DNA of 64,000 nt from a bacterium. Its GTDB lineage: Bacteria; Planctomycetota; UBA1135; UBA2386. Numbering within the stretch: the first letter of the stretch is position 1; the number at the start of each line of letters is the position of its first letter. The stretch spans positions 117,628 to 181,627 of the forward strand of contig JANSXC010000001.1 in the NCBI GenBank assembly GCA_024743115.1. The letters run 5' to 3'. The notes beneath the pieces were generated by a model. That model was not told the DNA's origin. It saw only the letters and a list, made by a program, of their open reading frames with translations, and made no database searches. A program made the position numbers and the translations under genes. Below are positions 8,752-18,609 of the stretch, piece by piece.

Positions 8752-8921
8752 CGTCGCAGCGTAGCGCCGTTCCGCCTGAGCGCGCGGGTCGGTCACGATC
8801 AGGGCGCGGCGGCATCGGCCGTTCCCGGAAACGTCGCCCGGGACTTTCCCTACCTCGTCCGATCGTCTTTCATCGTGGCCGTGAGAGGTGTCGAGATGCG
8901 GGCGGCTGCGTCGCGGGTGCG

Positions 8922-10439
8922 ATGAGCTGCGCCACGGTGTTGATCGCCATCGCCGGCCGCCGGCAGCGCTTCGACTTGCGCGTTGGCGAACTGGCGACCG
9001 TCGGTCGCAGCTCGACGTGCCAGGTGCAGGTGCGTGACCAGAGCGTGTCGCGCGAGCACTGCGTTGCCGTCCTCGCGGGGGATCGGATTCGGTTGAACAA
9101 CCTGGCCTCGACGCACGGCATCGTGTTCGAGGGCGAGCGTGTCGATCAGTGCGAACTCGCGCCTGGCGAACGATGCCGCCTCGGCAACGCCGTGTTCTTG
9201 TTCGAAGCGCTCGACGGTGTCCGTGCCAAGCCGAAGGGCGGCGAGCCGCTCGCCGACGCGGCGACCGCGGCGGCTACCGTGGATGCATTCGTAACGAAGC
9301 CCGGGCCGCGCGCGGTCGAACCACGAGAGCAGCCCGTCGACGATGTCGAGGCGGCGATCGCGGCGACGGCTGCGGAGCTCGATGGCGAACGCCCCGTCGC
9401 GACGAGTGGCGTGCCCGGGGTCGACATCGAGGGGTTCCGGATCTTCGAGGTGCTGGGGTCGGGCGGGTCCGCGACGGTCTATCGGGCCGAGCAGGTGCGG
9501 CTCGGCCGTGAGGTCGCGCTGAAGGTGTTGCGGCTCGAGGGCTCGGGCGATGACGCTCAGGAGCGCATCGCGGCGTTCCAGCGCGAGGCTCGCGCTGCCG
9601 CTGGTATCGAGGACCCGCGGCTCGTGCAGGTGTTCGACGTCGCAGAGGACGGTGGCGCGCACTACCTCGCGATGGAGTTCGTCAAGGGCGGCAGCCTCGC
9701 GGGCCGGATCAAGCGCCAGGGCCCGTTGGAATGGCGTGACGCGCTCGCGATCCTCACCGACATGACGCACGCTCTGGCGGCCGCGCATGCTCGTGGGCTG
9801 GTCCACCGCGACGTCAAGCCCGCGAACATCCTGCTCACGGAAAAGGGCGAGGCGCGGCTGACCGACCTCGGGCTCGCCGGGAGCGCGTTGAGCCAGGGGG
9901 GTGACGAGGTGGGAGTGGGTACGCTCGCGTTCATGGCGCCCGAACAGATCCGCCGGCAGGCGGTCGACGCCCGCACGGACATCTATGCCCTCGGTTGCAC
10001 GATCTATGCGGCGCTCGTCGGCCGTGCACCGTTCACGGGCGATCAGAAGGCCATCGCCCGTGGCCATCTCGAGCAGCCGCCCGAGTCGTTCCAGCGGCTC
10101 GGGATCAAGCTGCCGTGGCACCTCGAGCAGCTCGTGATCGATTCGATGATGGCCAAGTCGCCCGCCGATCGCCCGGCTGATACCGCAGAACTGCTCGAGC
10201 GCGTCGGCAAGCTCGTGCTGCCGGGCAGCGAGCCCGTGGCCGCCGCCCAGCGCGCCCGTGCCCGCCGCGACGTCGAGGTCGTGCGCGTGCGCAACCCCGG
10301 CCCGGCCCACAAGCGCCTGCTCGCCCGCATCCTCAGCGAGCTCATCGTCGTCTCCATCATCGCCGCGATGGTGATCGCGAGTCTGCTCGCGCTGAAGATC
10401 GGCTGGGGTTTCGACATCTACGCGTTGTTCGGGCGGTAG
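8922..10439 (+). CDS. FHA-domain Ser/Thr protein kinase with C-terminal membrane anchor - kinase F
   Basis: Track ORF 8619-10439, started at the ATG at 8922 (MSCATVLIAIAG...). FHA-like segment: ATVGRSSTCQVQVRDQSVSREHCVAV...NNLASTHGIVFEGERV. Kinase motifs: GSGGSATVYRAEQ, VALKVL, HRDVKPANILL, DLGLAG (DFG variant), GTLAFMAPEQ. Terminal TM helix: LIVVSIIAAMVIASLLAL. Confidence 0.85.
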   Translation: MSCATVLIAIAGRRQRFDLRVGELATVGRSSTCQVQVRDQSVSREHCVAVLAGDRIRLNNLASTHGIVFEGERVDQCELAPGERCRLGNAVFLFEALDGVRAKPKGGEPLADAATAAATVDAFVTKPGPRAVEPREQPVDDVEAAIAATAAELDGERPVATSGVPGVDIEGFRIFEVLGSGGSATVYRAEQVRLGREVALKVLRLEGSGDDAQERIAAFQREARAAAGIEDPRLVQVFDVAEDGGAHYLAMEFVKGGSLAGRIKRQGPLEWRDALAILTDMTHALAAAHARGLVHRDVKPANILLTEKGEARLTDLGLAGSALSQGGDEVGVGTLAFMAPEQIRRQAVDARTDIYALGCTIYAALVGRAPFTGDQKAIARGHLEQPPESFQRLGIKLPWHLEQLVIDSMMAKSPADRPADTAELLERVGKLVLPGSEPVAAAQRARARRDVEVVRVRNPGPAHKRLLARILSELIVVSIIAAMVIASLLALKIGWGFDIYALFGR

Positions 10440-10600
10440 CGCGGGTCGAGAAGCACGTCGAGTTGCCGCGGGTTCGCGGCGGTTCGCGGCCTTGTCGTTC
10501 CTGCGGCGTAACGGTGGCTACGGCTTGGATGAGATGTCACGCAATCGACGGTCCCATGCCGGTGGCGGAGCCCGGGCACGGATCTTGCTCGCGGACGGCC

Positions 10601-12769
10601 ATGAGCCGGAACCATGCCAACCGTCGTTTCGTCGAAGCGTGCCTTGCAGTGGTCATGCTGGTCGGCGGTCTGCCGTCGCTCCTCGCTCAGGAGTTCGTGC
10701 CGCTGCACGGCCTGTCCGAGCGCGTCGAGGCTGCGGCCTATTGCCCCGCGTCGGGCCGGCCGGTCGCGGTCAGTGTGGGGCATGATGGGTTGCTGGCGAC
10801 GTTCGAGCGTCGAGGGGTCTGGCAGCGGCGGGTGGGCGAGGCGAAGCTGCCGTTGGACATGCCGCGGTTCTGGACTGATCCGCTGCGCGGGCGGGTGCTC
10901 GCGTTCGGATTCCCGGCGTCCGGTACGACGGCGTCGGGTTACGAGTGGGATGGGGTGCGTTGGTCGCCCGTCCCCGGTCGGGGGATCGGGTTCTACCCGG
11001 CGGTGGCGTTCGATCCGGTGCGAGATCGTGCGCTGGCGTTCGGCGGGGTGTTCGGCAACACGGTCTCGGGGTTGCAGGCCTGGGACGGCAACGGGTGGAC
11101 GGTCGTGCCGATCACCGGCCCTGCACCTGCCCCGCGACGCGGTGCCGCGTTCGGATTCGATCCGGTGCGGGGGCGAGCGGTGCTGTTTGGCGGGCTCAGC
11201 CTCTCCGCGTCGATTTGGGTGCGGGACACGTGGGAGTGGGATGGCGCCTCGTGGCGGCAGTTCACCGGTGCGATGCCGTCCTGGCGTGCATTCGCGACGT
11301 TCGGGTTCGAGCCACAGCTCGGGAAGTTGGTGCTGTTCGGTGGTAACACGCCGGCCGGGAACACGAACGAGACGTGGAGTTTCGATGGCGTGCGATGGCA
11401 CCAGCTGCATTCACCAGTCGCACCATCGCCGCGCGCGGCGCCGGCTCTGATCGAGACCCCTTCGGGATTGCTCCACATCGGTGGTGACCTCGATCGGGGC
11501 GGGTTCGAGGAGTGGCGATTCGCGGGCGGTAACTGGCGTCGGTCGAACCTCCCAGAACGTCCGCAGGGCCGGATCGCAGCGGCGATGGCGTTCGACTCAG
11601 TGCGCGGTCAGGCCGTGATGTTCGGCGGCTTGCGCGACGTCTTCGGGGCGACGACGTTCGCCGATACGTGGACCTACGATGGCCAGTGGCGACGGCAGAC
11701 CCCGGCGCGGCAGCCGGGCTGGCGGTTTTACTCCGCGTTCGAGCATGACCCCGCCCGCGGCGAGAGTGTGATGTTCGGTGGGCGGAGTGCGAACAACGGT
11801 CTGCTCGGCGAGACGTGGGTCTTCGACGGATCCGACTGGCATGAGCGACTGCCATCGGTCGCACCATCGCCGCGCGCTGGCAGCGCCATGGTATGGGACA
11901 CGGTGCGCGGCGAGCTGCTGCTGTTCGGCGGCACGAGCGCGAACGGCGATCTCGCCGAGACCTGGGCCTGGAACGGCTCGAACTGGCGGTTCGTTGCGGT
12001 CACGAACCAGCCGCCGCCCCGCGCGCGCCCATTCTTCGGCTTCGATGCGCCGCGCGGGCGCGCGGTCCTGTTCGGCGGAGAGGCTGGCACCAGCCAGCTG
12101 CAGGACACCTGGACGTTCGATGGCGCGACGTGGCGCCAGGAGATGCCGAGCCGTTTCCCGGCTGGAGTTCGAGCGGCTGGCTACGATTCCGTCGCCGCGA
12201 AGGTCAGACTCTACGCCATCGGCACCGTCTGGAGCTGGGACGGTTCGGACTGGCTCGAGGCGACGCTCCAGCGCCCGGCTACGATGCTCGGACGCGATTC
12301 GGCGACCTGCTTCGACGGTCGGCTGCAGCGCTTCGTTGCGTTCGGATCCAGCAACACCGGGCTCGACCAATTCGTCGGCTTCACGGAGAGTCCGGCGGTG
12401 CACGCTTCCTTCGGCGTCGGTTGTGCGGCGGGCGGAGATGCCGAGCCCGAATTGTTCGTCACAGAGCGAGCGCGCATCGGCAACCCACACTTCGGTTTGG
12501 GGTGGCGCACGGCGGGAGCGGCGCAGCCTGCCGTTCTGGTCGTTGGAATGGCATCGACCCAGGTTTCGATCGGAACCTGTCAGCTGCTCGTCGACGCGCC
12601 GCTGTTCACGTTGTTTCGCGCGTCGGGGATCGGCGGATTCGATGCGGTCGAGTTGCCGCTGCCTCAGGCCGAGAACTGGCTCGGTGCGGCGCTTCACGCT
12701 CAGATCTTCGCGCTGCAATCCGCAGGGCTGGGCGCGTCACGACGGTTGCGGGTCGGGCTCGGCAACTGA
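10601..12769 (+). CDS. Secreted Kelch-repeat beta-propeller protein carrying the shared C-terminal module (Kelch 1)
   Basis: Track ORF 10463-12769, started at the ATG at 10601 (MSRNHANRRFVEACLAVVMLVGGLPSLLAQ signal peptide). It has more than 10 repeats of the type W..l...P.aR.gaa.afD..RgraVLFGG......l.DTWEWDG..W. The last ~120 aa (nt ~12407-12769) are the shared module. Confidence 0.85.
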   Translation: MSRNHANRRFVEACLAVVMLVGGLPSLLAQEFVPLHGLSERVEAAAYCPASGRPVAVSVGHDGLLATFERRGVWQRRVGEAKLPLDMPRFWTDPLRGRVLAFGFPASGTTASGYEWDGVRWSPVPGRGIGFYPAVAFDPVRDRALAFGGVFGNTVSGLQAWDGNGWTVVPITGPAPAPRRGAAFGFDPVRGRAVLFGGLSLSASIWVRDTWEWDGASWRQFTGAMPSWRAFATFGFEPQLGKLVLFGGNTPAGNTNETWSFDGVRWHQLHSPVAPSPRAAPALIETPSGLLHIGGDLDRGGFEEWRFAGGNWRRSNLPERPQGRIAAAMAFDSVRGQAVMFGGLRDVFGATTFADTWTYDGQWRRQTPARQPGWRFYSAFEHDPARGESVMFGGRSANNGLLGETWVFDGSDWHERLPSVAPSPRAGSAMVWDTVRGELLLFGGTSANGDLAETWAWNGSNWRFVAVTNQPPPRARPFFGFDAPRGRAVLFGGEAGTSQLQDTWTFDGATWRQEMPSRFPAGVRAAGYDSVAAKVRLYAIGTVWSWDGSDWLEATLQRPATMLGRDSATCFDGRLQRFVAFGSSNTGLDQFVGFTESPAVHASFGVGCAAGGDAEPELFVTERARIGNPHFGLGWRTAGAAQPAVLVVGMASTQVSIGTCQLLVDAPLFTLFRASGIGGFDAVELPLPQAENWLGAALHAQIFALQSAGLGASRRLRVGLGN

Positions 12770-12854
12770 AGCGAGCGCGGTCGACGGAAACCGGCATGGG
12801 CACGAACCCCCAAGGCGAAATCGTCGTAAGATCGCTGTGGGCAGGTTTTGCTCG

Positions 12855-14240
12855 ATGTCTGACAGCACGCAACCGATTCGGGTCCTGGTGCCGTTCCGCG
12901 GTGACTGGGAGGTAGGGGCGCTCGAAGAACTCGAGCGTGCCGGGCACATCGAACTGCATCGTGAGGGCTTCGACTGCCGGCGATTCCCGAGCTGTCTGCA
13001 ACTGGCCTGGTTCGAGGTCCATCGGTTCGTCGATCGATTGTGTCGCAAGTACCGGGGCCGGATCGACAGCGTGTGGTCGTGCGACGAACAGTTCGGCTGC
13101 CTGATCAGCGCGGTGGTTGCCGAACGGCTCGGACTGCCAGGAACTCGGCCGGCCACCGTGGTTCGGGCCCAGCACAAACTGATGCTCCGGCAGTTGCTCG
13201 CCGAACACCTGCCGGCGGCGTCGGTCGCGGCCGCGGCGGTTCCGTTCCGCCTCGGCGATCGTCGGCTGGCGGACCCCGCGCTGGTCTCGGCGGCGGTCGC
13301 GGCTCAGGGTCTCGAGTGGCCGCTCTTTGCCAAGCCACTCAAGGCGACGTTCTCGGTGCTCGCCCGGGAGGTCCGGAATGCCGAAGAACTCGTCCTGCAC
13401 ATGCGGCTGCCCGCGTTCGATCGCTTCGTTCTGCGCCGGATGACGCGCCCGTTCGAATCGCTCGCGCGGCAGTACGTCGACCTGCCCGCGCCGGCGGACT
13501 GTGCGCTGCTGGAAGAACCGTTGCGCGGTCACCAGGTCAACGTCGATGGCTTCGCAATGCGCGGCGAGTTCCACGTGCTCGGCGTCGTCGACGAGTGGAT
13601 GTACGCCAACGAAGCGGGCGGTGCGCGGCACTTCGCAGGATTCACCTATCCCTCGCGACTCAGTGCCGATGTCCGGGCGCGCACCGAAGCGACCGCGCTC
13701 GCGGCGATGCGCGTCGTGGGGTTCGACCATGGGCTCTTCAATGTCGAGCTCTTCGTGTGTGACGATGGCTCGATCCGGATCATCGAGATCAATCCGCGGG
13801 CCGCGGGACAGTTCGCGACGTTTTACCGCGATGTCGAAGGGGTGAGCCTGGAGCTGATGGGGATCTGGCTGTCGGCGGGGCGCGATCCGCGGGATGCACC
13901 GCGCTGGGCGGCCCGCGCGAACGTTGCGGGCAGCATCGTGTGGCGGCGCTTCGACGGCGGCTGTGGTGTCGTGCCGTCGCCGGCGTCGCGCGATTGGCTC
14001 GCGGCCTCGCATCCGCATGCGCAGCTCTGGCTGCAACCGACCGATCGGCGCTCGGTCGAACGTGAGTATCGCTGGCTCGGCTCGCATCGCTACGCCGTGC
14101 TGAACTGTGCCGCTGGCGACTACGCCGCACTGCAGTCGGTCGGTGACGAGTGCGGCCGACGCCTTTTTGGCGCTCCGCCCACCGCGCCAGTGATCGATCG
14201 CGATCCCGCGGATTCGCGTCGGACGCAGTCCTCGGCGTAG
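12855..14240 (+). CDS. ATP-grasp domain protein (carboxylate-amine ligase-like), substrate unknown
   Basis: This is the 3' part of track ORF 11778-14240, started at the in-frame ATG at 12855 (MSDSTQPIRVLVPF...). ATP-grasp hallmarks: WPLFAKPLKATFSVLAREV, GFDHGLFNVELFVCDDGSIRIIEINPRAAGQF. Confidence 0.75.
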   Translation: MSDSTQPIRVLVPFRGDWEVGALEELERAGHIELHREGFDCRRFPSCLQLAWFEVHRFVDRLCRKYRGRIDSVWSCDEQFGCLISAVVAERLGLPGTRPATVVRAQHKLMLRQLLAEHLPAASVAAAAVPFRLGDRRLADPALVSAAVAAQGLEWPLFAKPLKATFSVLAREVRNAEELVLHMRLPAFDRFVLRRMTRPFESLARQYVDLPAPADCALLEEPLRGHQVNVDGFAMRGEFHVLGVVDEWMYANEAGGARHFAGFTYPSRLSADVRARTEATALAAMRVVGFDHGLFNVELFVCDDGSIRIIEINPRAAGQFATFYRDVEGVSLELMGIWLSAGRDPRDAPRWAARANVAGSIVWRRFDGGCGVVPSPASRDWLAASHPHAQLWLQPTDRRSVEREYRWLGSHRYAVLNCAAGDYAALQSVGDECGRRLFGAPPTAPVIDRDPADSRRTQSSA

Positions 14241-14269
14241 GTCCGTGCGGGTCGAGCGGAGCTGTCGGG

Positions 14270-17200
14270 CTACCGCGGAGTTCGCGCGAGACGGCGGCCG
14301 ACCAGTTGCTGCGTCGTCGGGCTCGCCGTCGGCTCGAGGTTCGACGCCGCGGTGACGAACACGACGAAGTGGCCGTCGGCGGAGATTCGTGGCCAGCTGC
14401 AATGGCCGTTCGCGAGCTGACCATCGCGATCGCGGCTCACGATGGCGAGCTCGCGCGTCCCGTGGTCGTAGCGCCAGATCTGGCAGGGTTCGCCCGGCTC
14501 GCTGGCGTCGCGTTGCACGAGACCCGCGGCGGCGAACACCGTGATCCGTCCGTTCGTCGCCGCGCCGAAACCGAGTGCCAGGCTTCCTGCGTGAGTCGCG
14601 TTGATCCGGGTGAAACGTTTCGTCGTCCGGTCCGCGAGCAGCAGGTTGCTGTGGGATGGATGGTCGATCGTCGCGAGACTGGCAGCGATCGTCTCGAACA
14701 GGAGCCAGCGATCGTCCGGTGCGGTCCCCACGAGCTGGCAGGACGCGTCCGCCGACACCTCGCCGCGCTGGCTCGTGCGGGTGATCCGGTTGCCGCCGAT
14801 TCCGAAATCGAACGCGTCCATCATGAAGTCGTTGCGATCGTTCGGCAGCACGCGCGCGTTGGAGTTGGCGAGCAGGCGGCCGGCGTCGTCGATCGCGACG
14901 GGGGTGACACAGCCGGCTGAATAGGTCGGGGTCGACCAGATCACGCGCACAGCGTTGCGGTCGAAGACTCTGGCCGCGCCCGCACGATGGTTCGGGCCGT
15001 TGCCGAACGCGATCAGGCGTCCGTCCCGACTGACGGCGGGTTGGCCCTGTGCGGCGGCGTTGCCGAGTCCTATGGGTTGGCCGTGGGAGTCGAGACTCAC
15101 GCACGCGAGCGCGCCGTTCGTGAGGTCGTAGAGAAAGCAGTCCCAGTCGTTGTTGTCATCCTCGGGCACGAGGCGATTGGCGCGGCTGTAGAACGCCAGC
15201 CAACGGCCGTCGCTCGACAGACTCGGCCGTTCGCTGGGACCGTCGGCGGGTGCGCCGTTTGGCCGTGGCGGGACGCTGCGGGTGCGGCCCGTTGCCAGTT
15301 CGTGAACGTAGATCGTGGTCGAACGTGCGCGGCCCGAGCGATCCGCGATCGACGAGCCCGCTGCGAACGCGATCGTTCGACCGTCTGCCGCCAGCGTTGG
15401 TGGGCCGAGCACGGTGCCGATCTCGGTATTCTCCGGCGGGTGGCTGAGGCGTTGCACCGGCTCGGCGAGCACGAGGGGTGACGCGCGCCGCTCAGGAACG
15501 ATCTCGTCGCGCCACTCGGTCAGCTGGCGCCAGCTCAGTTCGAGTCGTGCCGCCAGAGCCCGCAGCTCGGGGTGGCGCGCCAGTGCGTTCTCGCTACGCA
15601 CGAACTCGAGGTGGTCGAGAAACGTGCCGGGCAGATGGCGTGAAGTCGCGACGAGTGCCTCGCGGTCTTGCGCACCGAGCTGCCCCCAGATCGCAGCAAG
15701 TGTGTCGGCGAGTCGAGCCGTGCGGTCGGGGTGCGGCCAGCGCAGCGCGAGACGCCAGAGGTGGTGCAGCGCGCGATCGAGATCACCTTCGGAACGGAAG
15801 AACCGGGCGAGGCTGTCGTGGCTCGTGGGCGTCACGTTCCCGCGGCTGGCGTGGCGCAGGTAGAGTGTGCGGGCTTCGTCGATGCGGCCGAGTGCGAACA
15901 GTGCATCCGCATGGATGCGAGTCTCGGCGTCGTAGGTCTCTGGCGCGGGCGCACTCGCGATCGTGTCCGCCGATGGCGACGACGCGCGCGTTGCCGGCCC
16001 GAGCTCCCGCTCGATCATCCGCAGCGCGTAGGCTGGATCACCACAGGCCAGGGCAACTTCCGCGATCGCGGCGGCCAGAAAACCGGCCTCGTGGAAATGT
16101 GCGTATGCCGCTTCCAGCCTTGGCCAGGCCAGGGCCGGTTCTCCGCGCTGTCGGTAGACCTGCCCGAGGGCCGCGTCGATCAGCGGATCCCCGCCGGTCG
16201 CAAGATCGAGTCCACGCCAGGCCTCGATGCAGAGCGCGTCGGCGGCGCACAGGACAGCGAGCAGACCCAGGCAACGCCGGTCACGACCGGGCATCCGCTC
16301 CAGGCGGGCTGGATCGTGCTCGAGCCTGCCCGTTGCGCGCCAGGTGCGGGCACTTTCGAGCACGGCGGGCGCCAGCTCCGTCAGCGCGTCGCCCGGTGGG
16401 AGATCCGCGAGCAAACGATCGGCGAGCGCGATCGTCTCGCGCTCGGCACGAATCTCCGGATCGTCCCGCAGGGCCAGCGCCGCATCGAGCTCGCGCAACG
16501 CCGCTGCCAGTCGGGGCTGGCTCGTGGCGCTCGGTGGCGCGCCGTCGCCACCGTGACGGATGAGGTAGTCGACGCGTTCATCGAACCTCGGGTCGAGTAC
16601 GGCGAGGCGGGCCGCTCGAACATGTTCGGCGATTCGGCCCGGCACCCGGGACTGCTGGATGAACCACGCGGCGGTCGCGATGGCGATCGCGAGCACGATC
16701 ACGCCGCCGAGCAGCGCGCCGTAGAAGGCTGCCCGGTTGCGGCGCGCATACTTGCCGAGGCGTACGATCGGCCCCACGGGCCGGGCGGTGATCGGCTGAC
16801 CGTGGCGATAGCGGCGCAAGTCGGCGCCGAGGTCGGCCGCCGTGCCGTAGCGTCGCGACGGTTCGGGGGCCATGGCGGTTGCGACGATCGTCGCGAGGTC
16901 GCGGGGCACGGCGGCGTTCTTCTGCCGCAGCGCGATCAGATCCCCGTGCTCGATGGCGCGCAGGACCGCGTGCTGCTGCGCGCGTCCGAATGGCGCTTCG
17001 CCGGCCAGCCCGTGATAGAGCGTGGCGCCGAGGCTGTAGACGTCGCTGCGCTCGTCGACCTGGTCGCCCGCGAGTTGTTCTGGCGAGGCGTACGCCGGGG
17101 TGCCGAGAAAGGCGCCGCTGCGTGTCATCAGCGCCGACTCTTCGTCGCGCACGAGTCCGAAGTCCGTGAGCAACGCGGTGCCGTCGCGACGCAGCATGAC

Positions 17201-17902
17201 GTTCGTCGGTTTGACGTCGCGATGCAGCAACCCTTCGGCGTGGGCTGCCGCGAGTGCACCGGCGAGCTGTTCGCCCCAGCGGGCGATGGTGTCGACAGCG
17301 TGGTGGTCAGGCAGTTCTGCGCCGAGGCGGTGGGCGAGCGCGGCGCTGCTCGGGTGCCGACCGTTGCGGGCCCACGTGGCCACGAGTTCGAACAGGGTAC
17401 AGCCGTCGATCCACTCCATCGCGTAGGCCGGCGTCGGGCCGAGGTCGACGACCTCGTAGATCGCGACGACATTGGGGTGGCGGATGCGGGCTAGCGCGGC
17501 GGCTTCGTTGTGGAATCGCAGTCGTGCTTGCGTCGAGAGTGCCGAGCCGCGCGGCATGACCTTGAGTGCCACGAGGCGATCCGCGAGCGCCGTCTGGCGT
17601 GCGAGGTAGACCGCGCCCATGCCGCCGTGGCCGAGTTCGCGCACGATCTCGTAGCCGGGCACGGTTGGCGGCGTCGACTGGTGGGCGACCGACGGACAGA
17701 TTTCGGTCGCGAGTTCGGCGATCGCCGTGATCTCGGTCGCGAGGTCGGGCCGCTGCTCGAGCCACGGGCCCGGGTCGGGTGGCTGGCCGGTGGCGGCGGC
17801 CGTCGACAACGAATCGAACGCCTCGTCGAGGAAGGCTTCGTCATCGTCGCTGCGGCGGTCGCTCACAGCCGGCTGTGAGGCAGGCGTTCCAGGGTCGTTC
17901 AC
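14270..17902 (-). CDS. Ser/Thr protein kinase with TM helix, helical-repeat region and C-terminal PD40/TolB-like beta-propeller - kinase B
   Basis: This is the 3' 1210 codons of track ORF 14270-18505. The start is the GTG at 17902-17900, overlapping the sigma B stop (GTGA). Kinase motifs: HGGMGAVYLARQ, VALKVM, HRDVKPTNVML, DFGLVRD, GTPAYASPEQ. TM helix: AFYGALLGGVIVLAIAIATAAWF. PD40-like repeats: SLSSDGRWLAFYS, AVSRDGRLIAFGN, RISADGHFVVFVT (nt ~14270-15570). Confidence 0.85.
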   Translation of the reverse strand: MNDPGTPASQPAVSDRRSDDDEAFLDEAFDSLSTAAATGQPPDPGPWLEQRPDLATEITAIAELATEICPSVAHQSTPPTVPGYEIVRELGHGGMGAVYLARQTALADRLVALKVMPRGSALSTQARLRFHNEAAALARIRHPNVVAIYEVVDLGPTPAYAMEWIDGCTLFELVATWARNGRHPSSAALAHRLGAELPDHHAVDTIARWGEQLAGALAAAHAEGLLHRDVKPTNVMLRRDGTALLTDFGLVRDEESALMTRSGAFLGTPAYASPEQLAGDQVDERSDVYSLGATLYHGLAGEAPFGRAQQHAVLRAIEHGDLIALRQKNAAVPRDLATIVATAMAPEPSRRYGTAADLGADLRRYRHGQPITARPVGPIVRLGKYARRNRAAFYGALLGGVIVLAIAIATAAWFIQQSRVPGRIAEHVRAARLAVLDPRFDERVDYLIRHGGDGAPPSATSQPRLAAALRELDAALALRDDPEIRAERETIALADRLLADLPPGDALTELAPAVLESARTWRATGRLEHDPARLERMPGRDRRCLGLLAVLCAADALCIEAWRGLDLATGGDPLIDAALGQVYRQRGEPALAWPRLEAAYAHFHEAGFLAAAIAEVALACGDPAYALRMIERELGPATRASSPSADTIASAPAPETYDAETRIHADALFALGRIDEARTLYLRHASRGNVTPTSHDSLARFFRSEGDLDRALHHLWRLALRWPHPDRTARLADTLAAIWGQLGAQDREALVATSRHLPGTFLDHLEFVRSENALARHPELRALAARLELSWRQLTEWRDEIVPERRASPLVLAEPVQRLSHPPENTEIGTVLGPPTLAADGRTIAFAAGSSIADRSGRARSTTIYVHELATGRTRSVPPRPNGAPADGPSERPSLSSDGRWLAFYSRANRLVPEDDNNDWDCFLYDLTNGALACVSLDSHGQPIGLGNAAAQGQPAVSRDGRLIAFGNGPNHRAGAARVFDRNAVRVIWSTPTYSAGCVTPVAIDDAGRLLANSNARVLPNDRNDFMMDAFDFGIGGNRITRTSQRGEVSADASCQLVGTAPDDRWLLFETIAASLATIDHPSHSNLLLADRTTKRFTRINATHAGSLALGFGAATNGRITVFAAAGLVQRDASEPGEPCQIWRYDHGTRELAIVSRDRDGQLANGHCSWPRISADGHFVVFVTAASNLEPTASPTTQQLVGRRLARTPR

Positions 17903-18549
17903 GGTTCTTGGTCGGAATCCGGCGAAGATCGCATTCGCTGGCGCAGCCCGGCGCGGTAGTGCGCCGCCGCCTTGCGGTAGCGGTGCTTGACCGCGGATTC
18001 CCCGAGATCGAGTGCTGTCGCGACTTCCTTGCTCGTCAGCCCTTCGAACAGCCGCAGTCGCAGGACTTCGCGCAGTTCTGGCGGCAGGCCTTCGAGCGCC
18101 AGTTGCATTTGATCCGCCTGTTCGCGTTGGACGGCGAGGCGGGAGGGCGTCGTGCTGCGACCCGGTTCGCTCGCGAACGCTTCGGCAGCGTGGGTCTCGC
18201 CGGCCGTTCGCGGTCGGATCACACGTTCGCGATCGGTCGCCCGTTTCTGCGCCGAGTGGAAATCGCGGGCATCGGCGATGCGGTGGTCGGCGATTCCGAG
18301 CAGCCAGCGACGAAACCCCCGGAGGTCGGACCAGATGCATTGCGCGCGATCCCGCCACGCGTGCAGTAGCGTTTCCTGCCAGATGTCTTCGGGCTGGACG
18401 CGCTGGCGCAGGCCGCGATCGAGTCGTGCGCCGATTGCGACCAGCATCGACGCGGGGCCGACGGCTTCGATCAGATCCGCGAAGCCGTTTGCGTTCTCGC
18501 CGCACAGCGGATTGGCTGACGGAACGGGGGTCGAATCGGACGAAGCCAT
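17899..18549 (-). CDS. ECF sigma factor - sigma B
   Basis: Track ORF 17899-18576, started at the ATG at 18549 (MASSDSTPVPS...). Region 2: PEDIWQETLLHAWRDRAQC...FRRWLLGIADHRIADARD. Region 4: LPPELREVLRLRLFEGLTSKEVATALDLGESAVKHRYRKA. Kinase B follows with a 4-nt overlap. Confidence 0.8.
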   Translation of the reverse strand: MASSDSTPVPSANPLCGENANGFADLIEAVGPASMLVAIGARLDRGLRQRVQPEDIWQETLLHAWRDRAQCIWSDLRGFRRWLLGIADHRIADARDFHSAQKRATDRERVIRPRTAGETHAAEAFASEPGRSTTPSRLAVQREQADQMQLALEGLPPELREVLRLRLFEGLTSKEVATALDLGESAVKHRYRKAAAHYRAGLRQRMRSSPDSDQEP

Positions 18550-18609
18550 GCAGAGCCTGACCCGAACGTAGCCCACCGCGCCGTACGCGGGAAGCGGGGT
18601 GCGAAGTGC

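Noticed and set aside
12796-12915. 39-codon ORF (MGTNPQGEIVVRSLWAGFARCLT...) just upstream of, and overlapping, the ATP-grasp start, considered as a possible graspetide/RiPP precursor
   Set aside because: It overlaps the ligase gene by 60 nt in another frame. It lacks the Thr/Ser plus Asp/Glu-rich core typical of ATP-grasp-modified peptides. It is the tail of a long shadow ORF.
12606-15104. 832-aa minus-strand ORF. The same applies to 58413-60278, 60390-61634, 43379-44539, 8850-10310 and 5742-6965.
   Set aside because: All are shadow ORFs opposite strongly supported genes. They have Arg/Pro-dominated composition and no recognisable motifs.
17903-18505. N-terminal ~200 codons of the 1411-aa track ORF (14270-18505), as part of kinase B
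   Set aside because: This stretch is an Arg-rich alternate frame running across the sigma B gene. The kinase's conserved N-terminus starts at the GTG at 17902, which overlaps the sigma B stop.
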